Shown one piece after another: positions 21,424 to 30,773 of a stretch of DNA of 64,000 nucleotides; the stretch's first letter is position 1, and each line of letters begins with the position of its first letter. The stretch comes from Methylocystis sp. Its GTDB lineage: Bacteria > Pseudomonadota > Alphaproteobacteria > Rhizobiales > Beijerinckiaceae. The position numbers were made by a program, and so were the translations under genes. The notes under the pieces were generated by a model. That model saw only the letters and a program-made list of their open reading frames with translations. It had not been told where the DNA came from and did no database searches. Where the stretch lies: contig NZ_JAKFWS010000004.1 of assembly GCF_021731785.1 (NCBI RefSeq), positions 9,706-73,705 on the forward strand, written 5' to 3'.

Positions 21424-21816
21424 TCACGCCCATTTCTCGACGGTCAGGCCGGGGATGTCGTCGAAATCGTCGGTGTTGGCCGCGACGAGCGTCAGGCCAA
21501 GGTCGAGCGCCTGCGCGGCGATCATCCGGTCGAGCGTTCGTCGGCGCTTCTGGTCGACCTTGCCGAGCAGCGCGCCATAGGCGGCGGCGGCGGCGCGATC
21601 GAAGGGAAGGACATCGATGTTTTCGGAGATCAGCGCTACATTCTCTGCGAGCCGTCGTTGATGTTCGGCGCCGCCCGCGCCGCCCATGGTCTCGGCAAGA
21701 CTGATCGCCGAGATCGCCACGTCGCCGATTTCTAGCGCGGAGAGCCGGTCGAGCACGCCGGGAAGCCCGTTCGCCGCGGCGATGACGATATTGGTGTCGA
21801 GCAGATAGCGGGCCAT
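21424..21816 (-). CDS. vapC: PIN-domain toxin VapC
   Basis: YLLDTNIVI, SAISLAET, LDRMIAAQAL, NTDDF. Confidence 0.92.
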   Translation of the reverse strand: MARYLLDTNIVIAAANGLPGVLDRLSALEIGDVAISAISLAETMGGAGGAEHQRRLAENVALISENIDVLPFDRAAAAAYGALLGKVDQKRRRTLDRMIAAQALDLGLTLVAANTDDFDDIPGLTVEKWA

Positions 21817-21821
21817 GCGTG

Positions 21822-22058
21822 CTAGCGCGCCTCGAACAGCCGCCTGGGCGGCTTGAACTCGGGGCGCGTCATGGCTACCGAAGGCGGCGCCGCCCTCAGG
21901 CGCGCCACGAGTTCGGCCATGTCGAGCCGGAGCGGCGTCACCACGAGACTTCCGCCCTGCCGGCGCACGACCACTTCGGCGCCTTCGTCGAAAGCGATTC
22001 CGCGCGGAATTCTGACCGCGAGACTATTGCCGGACTTAAATATGCGAGTCGCGCTCAT
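21822..22058 (-). CDS. vapB: AbrB/MazE-type antitoxin VapB
   Basis: RIFKSGNSLAVRIP N-terminus; directly upstream of vapC. Confidence 0.9.
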   Translation of the reverse strand: MSATRIFKSGNSLAVRIPRGIAFDEGAEVVVRRQGGSLVVTPLRLDMAELVARLRAAPPSVAMTRPEFKPPRRLFEAR

Positions 22059-22093
22059 GACAGGAGCGTGACAGCAGTTTTCCAGGATGTCAA
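22059..22093 (-). promoter_or_regulatory. vapBC promoter, probably leaderless
   Basis: Minus strand TTGACA(22093-88)-N17-CACGCT(22070-65)-N6-ATG(22058); no Shine-Dalgarno. Confidence 0.55.
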
Positions 22094-22254
22094 TCCATGT
22101 ATATATAATTTTCGCGGATTAGGTAGTGCCGCCCGTCGACCGACCGGAGACGCGAGGTTTGCCGTCGGTGGCGAGCGACAGGGATATTTGATTGACTCGC
22201 ACCTGCTAAAAACTTAATACCCGCAGCAAATCTCGAAAGAGAGACCGATACCGG

Positions 22255-22318
22255 CCGAGCCGCCCCAGAGGCGGCAGGCGAACGCCCGGCAGCGCGATGC
22301 GCCCCCGGGCGCATTTTG
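22255..22318 (+). ncRNA. structured ffh 5' leader (alphaproteobacterial ffh leader-like)
   Basis: Hairpins GCCGCC/GGCGGC and ATGCGCCC/GGGCGCAT with alternative pairing CGCCCGG(22283-89)/CCGGGCG(22305-11); position matches the described ffh leader motif. Confidence 0.5.
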
Positions 22319-22352
22319 CTTTGGAGCGTTCGCGCTCGCAGGAGAACCTCAT

Positions 22353-23888
22353 ATGTTCGAGAGCCTTTCCGACAAGCTCTCCGGCATTTTCGACAAGCTC
22401 ACGCGGCGCGGCGCGCTCTCGGAAGCCGACGTCAACGAGGCGCTGCGCGAAATCCGCCGCGCGCTGCTCGACGCCGACGTCGCGCTCGACGTCGTGCGCT
22501 CCTTCACCGACAAGGTCCGCGACCGTGCGGTCGGCGCCGGCGTCGTCAAATCGGTGACGCCCGGCCAGATGGTCGTCAAGATCGTCAATGACGTGCTGAT
22601 CGAGACGCTTGGCCAGGACGCGCAGCCGATCGATCTCGCCGCCACGCCGCCGGTCGCGATCATGATGGTCGGCCTGCAGGGGGCCGGCAAAACCACGACC
22701 GCGGCCAAAATCGCCAAGCGCTTGAAAGAGCGCTACGGCAAGCGCGTCCTGATGGCGTCGCTCGACGTGAAGCGCCCGGCGGCCCAAGAACAGCTCGCCG
22801 TGCTTGGCCGGCAGGTCGAGGTCGACACGCTGCCGATCGTGGCCGGCCAGACCCCGGTGCAGATCGCCAAGCGCGCCATGGAAGCGGCGCGACTGCAGGG
22901 CTTTGACGTCGTTCTGCTCGACACCGCCGGCCGCACCCATATCGACGAGCCGTTGATGGCCGAGATGGCGGAGATCAAGACCTCCGCCAAGCCGCATGAA
23001 ATCCTGCTTGTCGCCGACGCTCTGACCGGACAGGACGCCGTCAATCTCGCCCAGAATTTCGACGAGCGTGTCGGGCTGACCGGCATTGTTTTGACGCGTA
23101 TGGACGGCGATGGCCGGGGCGGGGCGGCGCTCTCCATGCGCTACGTCACCGGCAAGCCGATCAAGCTCATCGGCGTCGGCGAAAAGATGGACGCGCTCGA
23201 CGAATTCTCGCCGACGCGCATCGCCAATCGCATTCTCGGCATGGGCGACATCGTCGCGCTGGTCGAAAAGGCCGCGCAGGCGATCGACGCCGAGCAGGCC
23301 CGCAAGGCTGCCGAGCGCATGGCCAAGGGCAAGTTCGATCTGCAGGACCTCTGCGATCAGCTCGCCCAGGTGGAAAAGATTGGCGGATTGGGCGGCATCA
23401 TGGGGCTCCTCCCCGGCGTTGCCAAGATGAAGGATCAGATCGCCGCGTCGGGTTTCGACGATAAAATGGTGAGGCGCCAGCGCGCCATCATCCTCTCGAT
23501 GACGCCAAGGGAGCGGCGCAATCCCGACCTGCTGAAGGCCTCTCGCAAGAAGCGCATCGCCGCGGGCTCCGGCGCCAAGGTCGAGGAGGTCAACAAGCTT
23601 TTGAAGCAGCATCGGCAGATGGCCGATCTGATGAAGTCATTTGGCGCCGGCAAGCGCGGCGGGATGATGGGCAAGGCCGCGCAAATGATGGGGCTCGGCC
23701 CCGGCATGCAGATGCCGTCGCAGGAAGAGCTGCAGAAGCTGCAGGAAAAGCTCGGCGTGCAACAGCCGAAGGGCGCCCCCGGCGGCATTCCGGCGGCGCC
23801 GCCTCCCGACCTTTTCAGTAAACCGAGCCTGCCGGGGCTCGGCGGCGGGCTGCTGAGCGGACTGAACCCTTTCGGAAAGAAGAAGTAA
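22353..23888 (+). CDS. ffh: signal recognition particle protein
   Basis: MFESLSDKL, GLQGAGKTT, DTAGR, DGDGRGGAALS, M domain. Confidence 0.97.
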   Translation: MFESLSDKLSGIFDKLTRRGALSEADVNEALREIRRALLDADVALDVVRSFTDKVRDRAVGAGVVKSVTPGQMVVKIVNDVLIETLGQDAQPIDLAATPPVAIMMVGLQGAGKTTTAAKIAKRLKERYGKRVLMASLDVKRPAAQEQLAVLGRQVEVDTLPIVAGQTPVQIAKRAMEAARLQGFDVVLLDTAGRTHIDEPLMAEMAEIKTSAKPHEILLVADALTGQDAVNLAQNFDERVGLTGIVLTRMDGDGRGGAALSMRYVTGKPIKLIGVGEKMDALDEFSPTRIANRILGMGDIVALVEKAAQAIDAEQARKAAERMAKGKFDLQDLCDQLAQVEKIGGLGGIMGLLPGVAKMKDQIAASGFDDKMVRRQRAIILSMTPRERRNPDLLKASRKKRIAAGSGAKVEEVNKLLKQHRQMADLMKSFGAGKRGGMMGKAAQMMGLGPGMQMPSQEELQKLQEKLGVQQPKGAPGGIPAAPPPDLFSKPSLPGLGGGLLSGLNPFGKKK

Positions 23889-23958
23889 CGGCGGTCGGGC
23901 TTAGGCAATCGCCGAAATCCGACCGCCTCGTGCAAACAAACAAAAAGGAAATGAAAAC

Positions 23959-24321
23959 ATGTCGCTTAAAATTCGTCTCGCCCGCGGCGGCGCCAAGAAA
24001 CGTCCGTTCTATCGCGTCGTCGTCGCCGATTCGCGCGCGCCGCGCGACGGCCGCTATATCGAAAAGATCGGCTATTTCGATCCCTTGAAGGAAAAGGACG
24101 CCGCCGACCGTCTGGTGCTCGACGCCGAGAAGGCGAAGGCCTGGCTCACTAAGGGCGCCCAGCCGACCGATCGCGTCGCGCGACTGCTCGACGGTCTTGG
24201 CCTGATGACGCGCGAGGCGCGCAGCAACCCGCAGAAGGCGCAACCCAAGAAAAAGGCGCAGGAGCGCGCCGCCGCAGCGGCCGAAGCCGCAGGCAAGGCC
24301 GCGGAAGCGCCGGCGGCGTAA
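23959..24321 (+). CDS. rpsP: 30S ribosomal protein S16
   Basis: [31 protein letters not shown]. Confidence 0.97.
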   Translation: MSLKIRLARGGAKKRPFYRVVVADSRAPRDGRYIEKIGYFDPLKEKDAADRLVLDAEKAKAWLTKGAQPTDRVARLLDGLGLMTREARSNPQKAQPKKKAQERAAAAAEAAGKAAEAPAA

Positions 24322-24345
24322 GGCATGCGTGGCGTTTGCATTCGC

Positions 24346-24516
24346 CCTCATGCTGAGGAGGCTCCGCAGGAGCCGTCTCGAAGCGCGAGGGCGGCGGCGC
24401 GCTGTGCGATTTCCTCGTCCTTCGAGGCGCGAGGATCGATCTCGGGCCTGCCCGAGATCGACGTTTGTTTGCGCAAGTCGGGGATACCCGACTTGCGACG
24501 CGTTCCTCAGGATGAG
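24346..24516. repeat. composite palindromic repeat element between rpsP and rimM
   Basis: Terminal inverted repeats CCTCATGCTGAGGA / TCCTCAGGATGAGG (13/14), inner GTCTCGAAG and TTCGAG segments, extra hairpins at 24436-24461 and 24472-24496; same family as 36151-36250. Confidence 0.85.
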
Positions 24517-24524
24517 GAAATCGA

Positions 24525-25067
24525 ATGAAAGGGACCGCTGAAGGGCTCGTGCTGCTTGGCCGCTTCGGGGCGCCGCACGGGGTGCGCGGCGAAGTCCGGC
24601 TGCAGAGTTTCACTGCCGATCCTTTGGCGATCGCAACTTACGACAGCCTCACCGACAAGAACGGGGCGCGCAATTTCAAGCTGCTGTCCGTGCGTCCGCA
24701 GGGCAAGGATATGTTCGTCGCCAAAGTCGAAGGCGTCGACGACCGCGCCGGCGCCGAGGCCTTAAACGGCGTCGAAATCTATCTGCCGCGCGAAAGACTG
24801 CCGGCGCCGGAAGAGGACGAATTCTATATCGCCGACCTGATCGGACTACGCGCCGAAACGCGCGAGGGCGCGGAAATCGGCATGATCGTCGCCGTGCGCA
24901 ATTTCGGCGCTGGCGACATTCTGGAGATCGCGCCCGGCCATGGCGGCGAGATGCTGATGCTTCCCTTCACGAAAGCTGTAGTTCCAACCGTGGACCTTTC
25001 CACCGGGCGCGTCGTCATTGCGCCGCCGGCGGAAGTTGAAGACGACGAGGAAGAAAGAAGCGCTTAA
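24525..25067 (+). CDS. rimM: ribosome maturation factor RimM
   Basis: GRFGAPHGVRGEV, EDEFYIADLIG, NFGAGDILEI. Confidence 0.96.
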   Translation: MKGTAEGLVLLGRFGAPHGVRGEVRLQSFTADPLAIATYDSLTDKNGARNFKLLSVRPQGKDMFVAKVEGVDDRAGAEALNGVEIYLPRERLPAPEEDEFYIADLIGLRAETREGAEIGMIVAVRNFGAGDILEIAPGHGGEMLMLPFTKAVVPTVDLSTGRVVIAPPAEVEDDEEERSA

Positions 25068-25384
25068 CCCGCCCGCTTCTTGGCGCCACGCTTCACTGGC
25101 GCCGGCTGCGGTTCAACGAGTCTGCCGGTCACATATTTGTGCAGCACGCTCGACATTAACGACTGATAGGCGACGCCCTCGGCGGCCGCCTTCGCCTGCA
25201 AATCTTCCAGGTCCCTCAAGGAAATTCTTATGTTCACGCGCTTGTCTTTCGCAAGCGCAGCCTTCGCGTAAGCCGTGTGACGGTCGATTTCGGACCGCAC
25301 ATTCTTGACCTGGCGCCACTCGCCGCGCTCGAATGATGCGAGAATTTCTTCATCGAGCTGTCGCTCGTCATCCATCTGATTCAC
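25064..25384 (-). CDS. ribbon-helix-helix antitoxin (BrnA/CopG-like)
   Basis: Acidic N-terminus, KDKRVNIRIS...AAAEGVAYQSLMSSVLHKYV RHH; overlaps the toxin stop. Confidence 0.82.
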   Translation of the reverse strand: MNQMDDERQLDEEILASFERGEWRQVKNVRSEIDRHTAYAKAALAKDKRVNIRISLRDLEDLQAKAAAEGVAYQSLMSSVLHKYVTGRLVEPQPAPVKRGAKKRAG

Positions 25385-25656
25385 TCCGACGCGATATAGT
25401 CTCGGGTCGCTTTGCGACTCGGTATGATCGTCTTGAGGAAGACGTCGTTATTCGTTTCGACAAAGGGCACGAGATAAACGTAGCCCCGAGCGCGAACGAC
25501 GAACAGCCGCTGATGGGCGTAGCGCGACTTATTTGGGTGTTCGAGTTCGTCGAGCAAGCCTCCGTGGGCCATCGCCGAAACAACCTCTTCGAAGGAAATG
25601 CCCCTCTCGGCGATGAGCTTTCGGTTCTTGTCAGCGCTCCACCGAAAGGGCTTCAT
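25381..25656 (-). CDS. BrnT/DUF497-family ribonuclease toxin
   Basis: MKPFRWSADKNRKLIAERGISFEEV...LKTIIPSRKAT; start at ATG 25656. Confidence 0.85.
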   Translation of the reverse strand: MKPFRWSADKNRKLIAERGISFEEVVSAMAHGGLLDELEHPNKSRYAHQRLFVVRARGYVYLVPFVETNNDVFLKTIIPSRKATRDYIASE

Positions 25657-25692
25657 CCCTGCTAATCTAATTCGTGTGCAGATTGTCATCAA
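25657..25692 (-). promoter_or_regulatory. promoter of the BrnT-like module, probably leaderless
   Basis: Minus strand TTGATG(25692-87)-N17-TAGATT(25669-64)-N7-ATG. Confidence 0.5.
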
Positions 25693-26012
25693 ACGAATCC
25701 TCACCGCTTGGAGAATTCGAGTTGAAGCGAGGCCTGAACCCGTCAATTTAGCGCAACCTCGCTCGTTGGCCTCCAATGTCAGCAACTTACTGATTTAACG
25801 TATATATTTCCCCTATGGGCCAATCTCTTAGTGAAATCCGCCTTTTCAGGCGGTCCCACTTAATCCTAAGCTTATCAAGGCCCTACCCCGCTCCGGTTCG
25901 CAGCCTCAATTGACAATGCACTATTGCACTTTGACGCCGCTAGGACGGTAATTGCCCTTAAGTTGTATCGTTCGGCTTCGTCCTCCTCCGGCCGCATGCC
26001 ATAACCACCGTC

Positions 26013-26720
26013 ATGTTCCGCGCGACGGTCCTGACCCTCTTTCCCGAAATGTTTCCAGGTCCCTTGGGCCTGTCGCTCGCCGGCGACGCGCTGTCGCGCG
26101 GCGTTTGGGCGCTGGAGACGAAACAGATCCGAGAGCATGGGCTCGGCCGCCATCGCGCCGTCGACGACACGCCAGCCGGCGGCGGCCCCGGCATGGTGAT
26201 GCGCGCCGACGTGCTGGCGGCGGCCATCGACGCGGCGGCGCCTAAAGACGATCCGCGCCCGCGCCTGCTGATGACGCCGCGCGGCGCGCCGCTGACCCAG
26301 GCGCGCGCCCGCGAACTCGCCCAAGGCCCCGGCGCGATTATCCTGTGCGCGCGGTTCGAGGGCGTCGATGAGCGCATTATCGACGCCCGCGCGCTCGAAG
26401 AAATGTCAATTGGCGATTTCGTGCTTTCGGGCGGCGAGATCGCAGCGCTGGCGCTGATCGACGCCTGCGTCCGGCTGATACCCGGCGTGATGGGCGAAGA
26501 AGCGTCCGGCGTCGCAGAAAGTTTCGAATCCGGAATGCTCGAATATCCCCATTACACGCGGCCGCGCGACTTCGAAGGACGCGACATCCCGGACGTGCTG
26601 CTTTCCGGCGATCACGCGAAGATCGCCAAATGGCGCCATGAGCAGGCCTTGGCGCTCACCCGCGCGCGGCGCCCCGACCTCTTGGCGCCGCAGCTCGGCG
26701 AACCTTCCCGCCGCCGCTGA
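26013..26720 (+). CDS. trmD: tRNA (guanine37-N1)-methyltransferase
   Basis: [43 protein letters not shown]. Confidence 0.96.
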   Translation: MFRATVLTLFPEMFPGPLGLSLAGDALSRGVWALETKQIREHGLGRHRAVDDTPAGGGPGMVMRADVLAAAIDAAAPKDDPRPRLLMTPRGAPLTQARARELAQGPGAIILCARFEGVDERIIDARALEEMSIGDFVLSGGEIAALALIDACVRLIPGVMGEEASGVAESFESGMLEYPHYTRPRDFEGRDIPDVLLSGDHAKIAKWRHEQALALTRARRPDLLAPQLGEPSRRR

Positions 26721-26830
26721 ATCTCTGCGCCCTGCTCTATTTTTCATCTGGTCCGCCAGCGCGCGCGATCTAGCTAATGTGCAGCTCACCCGAGCTTGAG
26801 CCTAGAGCCAGTGCGCGAGGAGGCCTGCAC

Positions 26831-27373
26831 ATGCAGCAGAAAGCAAAAACGCCGATCAATCCCGACACAGACCGTTCGGCGCTCCATACGCCGACAGATC
26901 TCGAAAAACAGTCGACGATGAAGGTCGCGGCTGAAATCAACAAGCTCGTCGCCGACGCCTTGACGCTCTATCTCAAGACGAAGAATTTTCACTGGCACAT
27001 GAGCGGTCCGCATTTCCGCGACTATCATCTGCTGCTCGACGAGCAGGCGAGCCAGATCTACGCCACTGTCGACCCGCTAGCGGAGCGCGTGCGCAAACTC
27101 GGTCAGCCGACGCTGCGCTCGATCGGGCACATCGCCAAACTGTCGCGGGTCAAGGACAATGATAAGGAATTCGTTTCGCCATACGACATGCTGTGCGAAT
27201 TGCTCGAAGACAACAAGGCGATGGCCGAATCGCTGCGAAACGCTCATAAGGTCTGCGACGACAATGAAGACATCGCGACGGCCAGTCTGCTCGAAGTCTA
27301 TGTCGATGAGACCGAGAAGCGCACCTGGTTCCTGTTCGAGGCGGCGCGCGGCGCCGGTCTCGGCGGCCACTGA
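26831..27373 (+). CDS. dps: Dps-family DNA starvation/stationary phase protection protein
   Basis: LYLKTKNFHWHMSGPHFRDYHLLLDEQ, DPLAERVR, DETEKRTWFL; GGAGG upstream of ATG 26831. Confidence 0.9.
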   Translation: MQQKAKTPINPDTDRSALHTPTDLEKQSTMKVAAEINKLVADALTLYLKTKNFHWHMSGPHFRDYHLLLDEQASQIYATVDPLAERVRKLGQPTLRSIGHIAKLSRVKDNDKEFVSPYDMLCELLEDNKAMAESLRNAHKVCDDNEDIATASLLEVYVDETEKRTWFLFEAARGAGLGGH

Positions 27374-27394
27374 GCGGAGGTCGCCTCGTGGGCG

Positions 27395-28276
27395 CTATCG
27401 CGTCGGCACCGGCGTGCCGCTGCGATAATCGTAAAAGCCGCGCTGGGTCTTTTTGCCGAGCCAGCCGGCTTCGACATATTTCACCAGCAGCGGGCAGGGG
27501 CGGTATTTTGAATCCGCCAGGCCCTCGTGCAGCACCTGCATGACCGAAAGACAAGTGTCGAGACCGATGAAATCAGCGAGTTGCAGCGGTCCCATCGGAT
27601 GGTTGGCGCCGAGCTTCATCGCCGTATCGATCGCCTCGACCGAGCCCACGCCTTCGTAAAGCGTATAAATCGCCTCATTGATCATCGGCAGCAGAATGCG
27701 GTTGACGATGAAGGCGGGAAAGTCCTCCGAGACGCTGATCGTCTTGCCGAGCTTGGCGACAAACGCCTTCGTCTCCTCGAAAGTGACGTCATCGGTCGCA
27801 ATGCCGCGAATGAGTTCGACGAGCTGCATGCGCGGCACCGGATTCATGAAATGAATGCCGATGAAGCGTTCGGGCCGGCCGGTGACCGACGCAAGACGCG
27901 TGATCGAAATCGACGAGGTGTTGGAGCTGATGATCGCGCCGGGCTTCGCGAACTGCGCGAGTTCGGTCAGGATCTTTCGCTTCACCTCCTCGACTTCGGT
28001 CGCCGCCTCGATGATGATGTCGGCGTCGGCGAAGTCGGCCATTTTTGGGGCGCCGGAGATATGCGCGAGCGCCGGCTCGACGGCCGAAGCTTCGAGTTGA
28101 CCGCGCTCGACGGCACGTCGCATCTGCGCCGCGACATCGGCCACGCCCGCGTCGATGCGCTCCTGCGAAATGTCGTTCAGGGCGACGTCATAGCCGGCGA
28201 GCGCGCAGACATGCGCGATCCCCTTCCCCATCTGGCCCGCGCCGATGACGCCGATCTTGCGAATCTCGAAGCCCAT
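27395..28276 (-). CDS. hbd: 3-hydroxybutyryl-CoA dehydrogenase
   Basis: IGVIGAGQMG, SNTSSISIT, IHFMNPVP, ANHPMGPL; start at 28276. Confidence 0.9.
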   Translation of the reverse strand: MGFEIRKIGVIGAGQMGKGIAHVCALAGYDVALNDISQERIDAGVADVAAQMRRAVERGQLEASAVEPALAHISGAPKMADFADADIIIEAATEVEEVKRKILTELAQFAKPGAIISSNTSSISITRLASVTGRPERFIGIHFMNPVPRMQLVELIRGIATDDVTFEETKAFVAKLGKTISVSEDFPAFIVNRILLPMINEAIYTLYEGVGSVEAIDTAMKLGANHPMGPLQLADFIGLDTCLSVMQVLHEGLADSKYRPCPLLVKYVEAGWLGKKTQRGFYDYRSGTPVPTR

Positions 28277-28480
28277 GTTGTGACCACCGTCAGCCAAGCC
28301 AGCGCCGGACAACTCGCGACGCGCCGCGCTGAAGCGTGCCGCAGTGCAATATAACTTGCGTTCCTGTGCAAGGAAAACAAAGAAAAAGCAACTGCGGAGC
28401 CCCCGAGACCGAGCGCTTCGCCCATTTCACGGCCGCCGCGCCGGCCATCGGCGCCGTCGCGGCGGGCGCCTTTTTTCCGA

Positions 28481-29425
28481 TCAGCGGCCGATTTTCGCCA
28501 ACTCCGCCTCTAGCTCGGGCAGAGCCGTGAAGAGGTCGGCGACAAGGCCGTAGTCGGCGACCTGGAAGATCGGCGCCTCCTCGTCCTTGTTGATCGCGAC
28601 AATGACCTTCGAATCCTTCATGCCCGCGAGGTGCTGGATCGCGCCGGAAATGCCGGCGGCGATATAGAGATCCGGCGCGACCGCCTTTCCGGTCTGGCCG
28701 ACCTGCAGGTCGTTTGGCGCATAGCCGGCGTCGACGGCGGCGCGCGAGGCGCCGATCGCGGCGTTAAGCCGCGTCGCGACGGGATCGAGCACTTTCTGAA
28801 AATTCTCCGCCGAGCCGAGCGCGCGGCCGCCGGAAAGGATGACGCGGGCCGAGGTGAGTTCGGGACGCTCCGACTTCGCCAGCTCTTCGCGCGTGAAGGC
28901 GGAAACGCCGGGGTCGGTCGCGGCGGCGATCGCCTCGACCGGCGCCGACCCGCCTTCGGGCGCGGGCGCAAAGGCGGTGGTGCGCACGGTGATGACTTTC
29001 TTTGCGTCCTTCGCCCGCACCGTCTGGATGGCGTTGCCGGCGTAGATCGGGCGTTCGAAGGTGTCGGCGGATGCGACTTTCACGATGTCGGAGACCTGCA
29101 TGACGTCGAGCAGCGCCGCGACCCGCGGCAGCACGTTCTTGGTCGCAGAGGTCGACGGCGCGATAATCACGTCATAGCCGCCAGCGAGCGAGACGATCAG
29201 CGCCGCGACCGTCTCGGCGAGAACATGATTGAGCGAGGCGTCTTCGGCGTAGAGAACCTTCTCGACGCCAGCGAGCTTTGCCGCCTGCTCGGCGGCGCCC
29301 TTCAGGCCCGGCCCGGCGACAAGAATGTGAATGGGGCCGCCAATCTCCTTGGCGGCGGTGAGCGCTTTAGAGGTCGCGGGCGCAAGCGCGTCGCCGGCGG
29401 TTTCGGCGAGAAGCAGAATCGTCAT
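28481..29425 (-). CDS. etfA: electron transfer flavoprotein alpha subunit
   Basis: [39 protein letters not shown]. Confidence 0.95.
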   Translation of the reverse strand: MTILLLAETAGDALAPATSKALTAAKEIGGPIHILVAGPGLKGAAEQAAKLAGVEKVLYAEDASLNHVLAETVAALIVSLAGGYDVIIAPSTSATKNVLPRVAALLDVMQVSDIVKVASADTFERPIYAGNAIQTVRAKDAKKVITVRTTAFAPAPEGGSAPVEAIAAATDPGVSAFTREELAKSERPELTSARVILSGGRALGSAENFQKVLDPVATRLNAAIGASRAAVDAGYAPNDLQVGQTGKAVAPDLYIAAGISGAIQHLAGMKDSKVIVAINKDEEAPIFQVADYGLVADLFTALPELEAELAKIGR

Positions 29426-29427
29426 CT

Positions 29428-30174
29428 TTACAGCACTCCCGCTTCCTTGAGCTTGCCGACGAGTTCGACCACCGAGCCGACCTTGACGCCAGCCTTGCGC
29501 TTCGCGGGCTCGGCGGTCTTTAAGACTTCGAGGCGCGGCGAAATATCGACGCCGTAGTCGGCGGGCGATTTCACCGCGACCTCTTTCTTTTTCGCCTTGA
29601 TGATATTTGGCAGCGAGGCGTAGCGCGGCTCGTTCAGCCGCAAATCGGTGGTGACGACCGCCGGCAGTTTCAGGCTGACGGTCTGCAGCCCGCCGTCGAT
29701 CTCGCGCGTCACGTCGACGGTGCCCTCAGTCATCTCGACCTTCGACGCGAACGTGCCCTGGCCCCAGCCAAGCAACGCCGCGAGCATCTGGCCGGTCTGA
29801 TTGCAGTCGTCGTCGATCGCCTGCTTGCCCATGATGACGAGCTGCGGCTGTTCCTCCGCAACGATCTTGGCGATGATCTTGGCGACCGCGAGCGGCTCGA
29901 CGGTCTCGTCGGTCTTGACCAGAATTCCGCGGTCGGCGCCCATGGCGAGCCCGGAGCGCAAGGTTTCGTCGGCCTTGGCCGGTCCGATCGTGACCAGGAC
30001 GACTTCCGTCGCTTTGCCGGCTTCCTTTAAGCGCAGCGCTTCTTCGACGGCGATCTCGTCGAACGGGTTCATCGACATTTTCACATTGGCGAGATCGACG
30101 CCGGAACCGTCCGCCTTGACCCTGATCTTGACGTTGTAATCGACGACCCGTTTGACGGGCACGAGAATCTTCAT
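29428..30174 (-). CDS. etfB: electron transfer flavoprotein beta subunit
   Basis: [46 protein letters not shown]. Confidence 0.95.
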   Translation of the reverse strand: MKILVPVKRVVDYNVKIRVKADGSGVDLANVKMSMNPFDEIAVEEALRLKEAGKATEVVLVTIGPAKADETLRSGLAMGADRGILVKTDETVEPLAVAKIIAKIVAEEQPQLVIMGKQAIDDDCNQTGQMLAALLGWGQGTFASKVEMTEGTVDVTREIDGGLQTVSLKLPAVVTTDLRLNEPRYASLPNIIKAKKKEVAVKSPADYGVDISPRLEVLKTAEPAKRKAGVKVGSVVELVGKLKEAGVL

Positions 30175-30479
30175 CGCGCGACCCCTTGGTCTCCCTTGAC
30201 CCTTTGGCGAGACGGTTCAGGAGCGCCGCCTGCGCGCGCTCCATTCTGGCTAAAGCCGTTGCGCGGTCTGGTAGCGGGGGCGCGCGCCCAAGTCAAACCA
30301 AGGGGCCGGCGATCGCGGCTCCGGGTTTGAACTTTGCGAAGAGTCTCGCCAAATGACCCCAATTTTCCCATCTCAAGAAAGGACGAGAGACTGGGACTAG
30401 CCATTCCCGTTATTTACAGCATCTTGCCATTGATACTTCGGCATGGTCGCTTGGACGTGGTTCAATCGGCGCTGCCGTG

Positions 30480-30670
30480 GCGGCGCCCAGCACCACGTCG
30501 GCAGCGGCGGTTTCGAGCGATGCATCGCCCTGCCCGCGGTGATCGAGGTCTGACGAGAGCAGTCGAGGCGTTCATTAAGTGTAGGCCTGGCTTTTTAAGC
30601 GCCGCGCGTCCGCCGCCGCAGGTAGGGCAAACAAAGCGGTTCGGCCTCGCCCCGCCAGAGGAGCATCGCC
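30480..30670 (-). mobile_element. decayed IS1595-family transposase fragment (N-terminal zinc-ribbon region)
   Basis: Across frameshifts the minus strand reads PNRFVCPTCGGGRAAL...ERLDCSRQTSITAGRAMHRSKPPLPTWCWA, the IS1595 Zn-ribbon and TAGT.MHRSKLPL..WFWA pattern. Confidence 0.75.
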
Positions 30671-30773
30671 GCAGGACGCGGTTTCCATGAGTTTGCCCGT
30701 CCGCAGAAAGATTGATAACTAGCGGTCAGCTGAAATTGCTTTACGGGCGGTCGCCAATTACGGAGCTGGCGCG

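Noticed and set aside
28330-28350. TGCCGCAGTGCA upstream of hbd as a possible PhaR operator
   Set aside because: Only a partial match to TGC-N3-GCA type motifs in GC-rich DNA; not supportable without a matrix scan.
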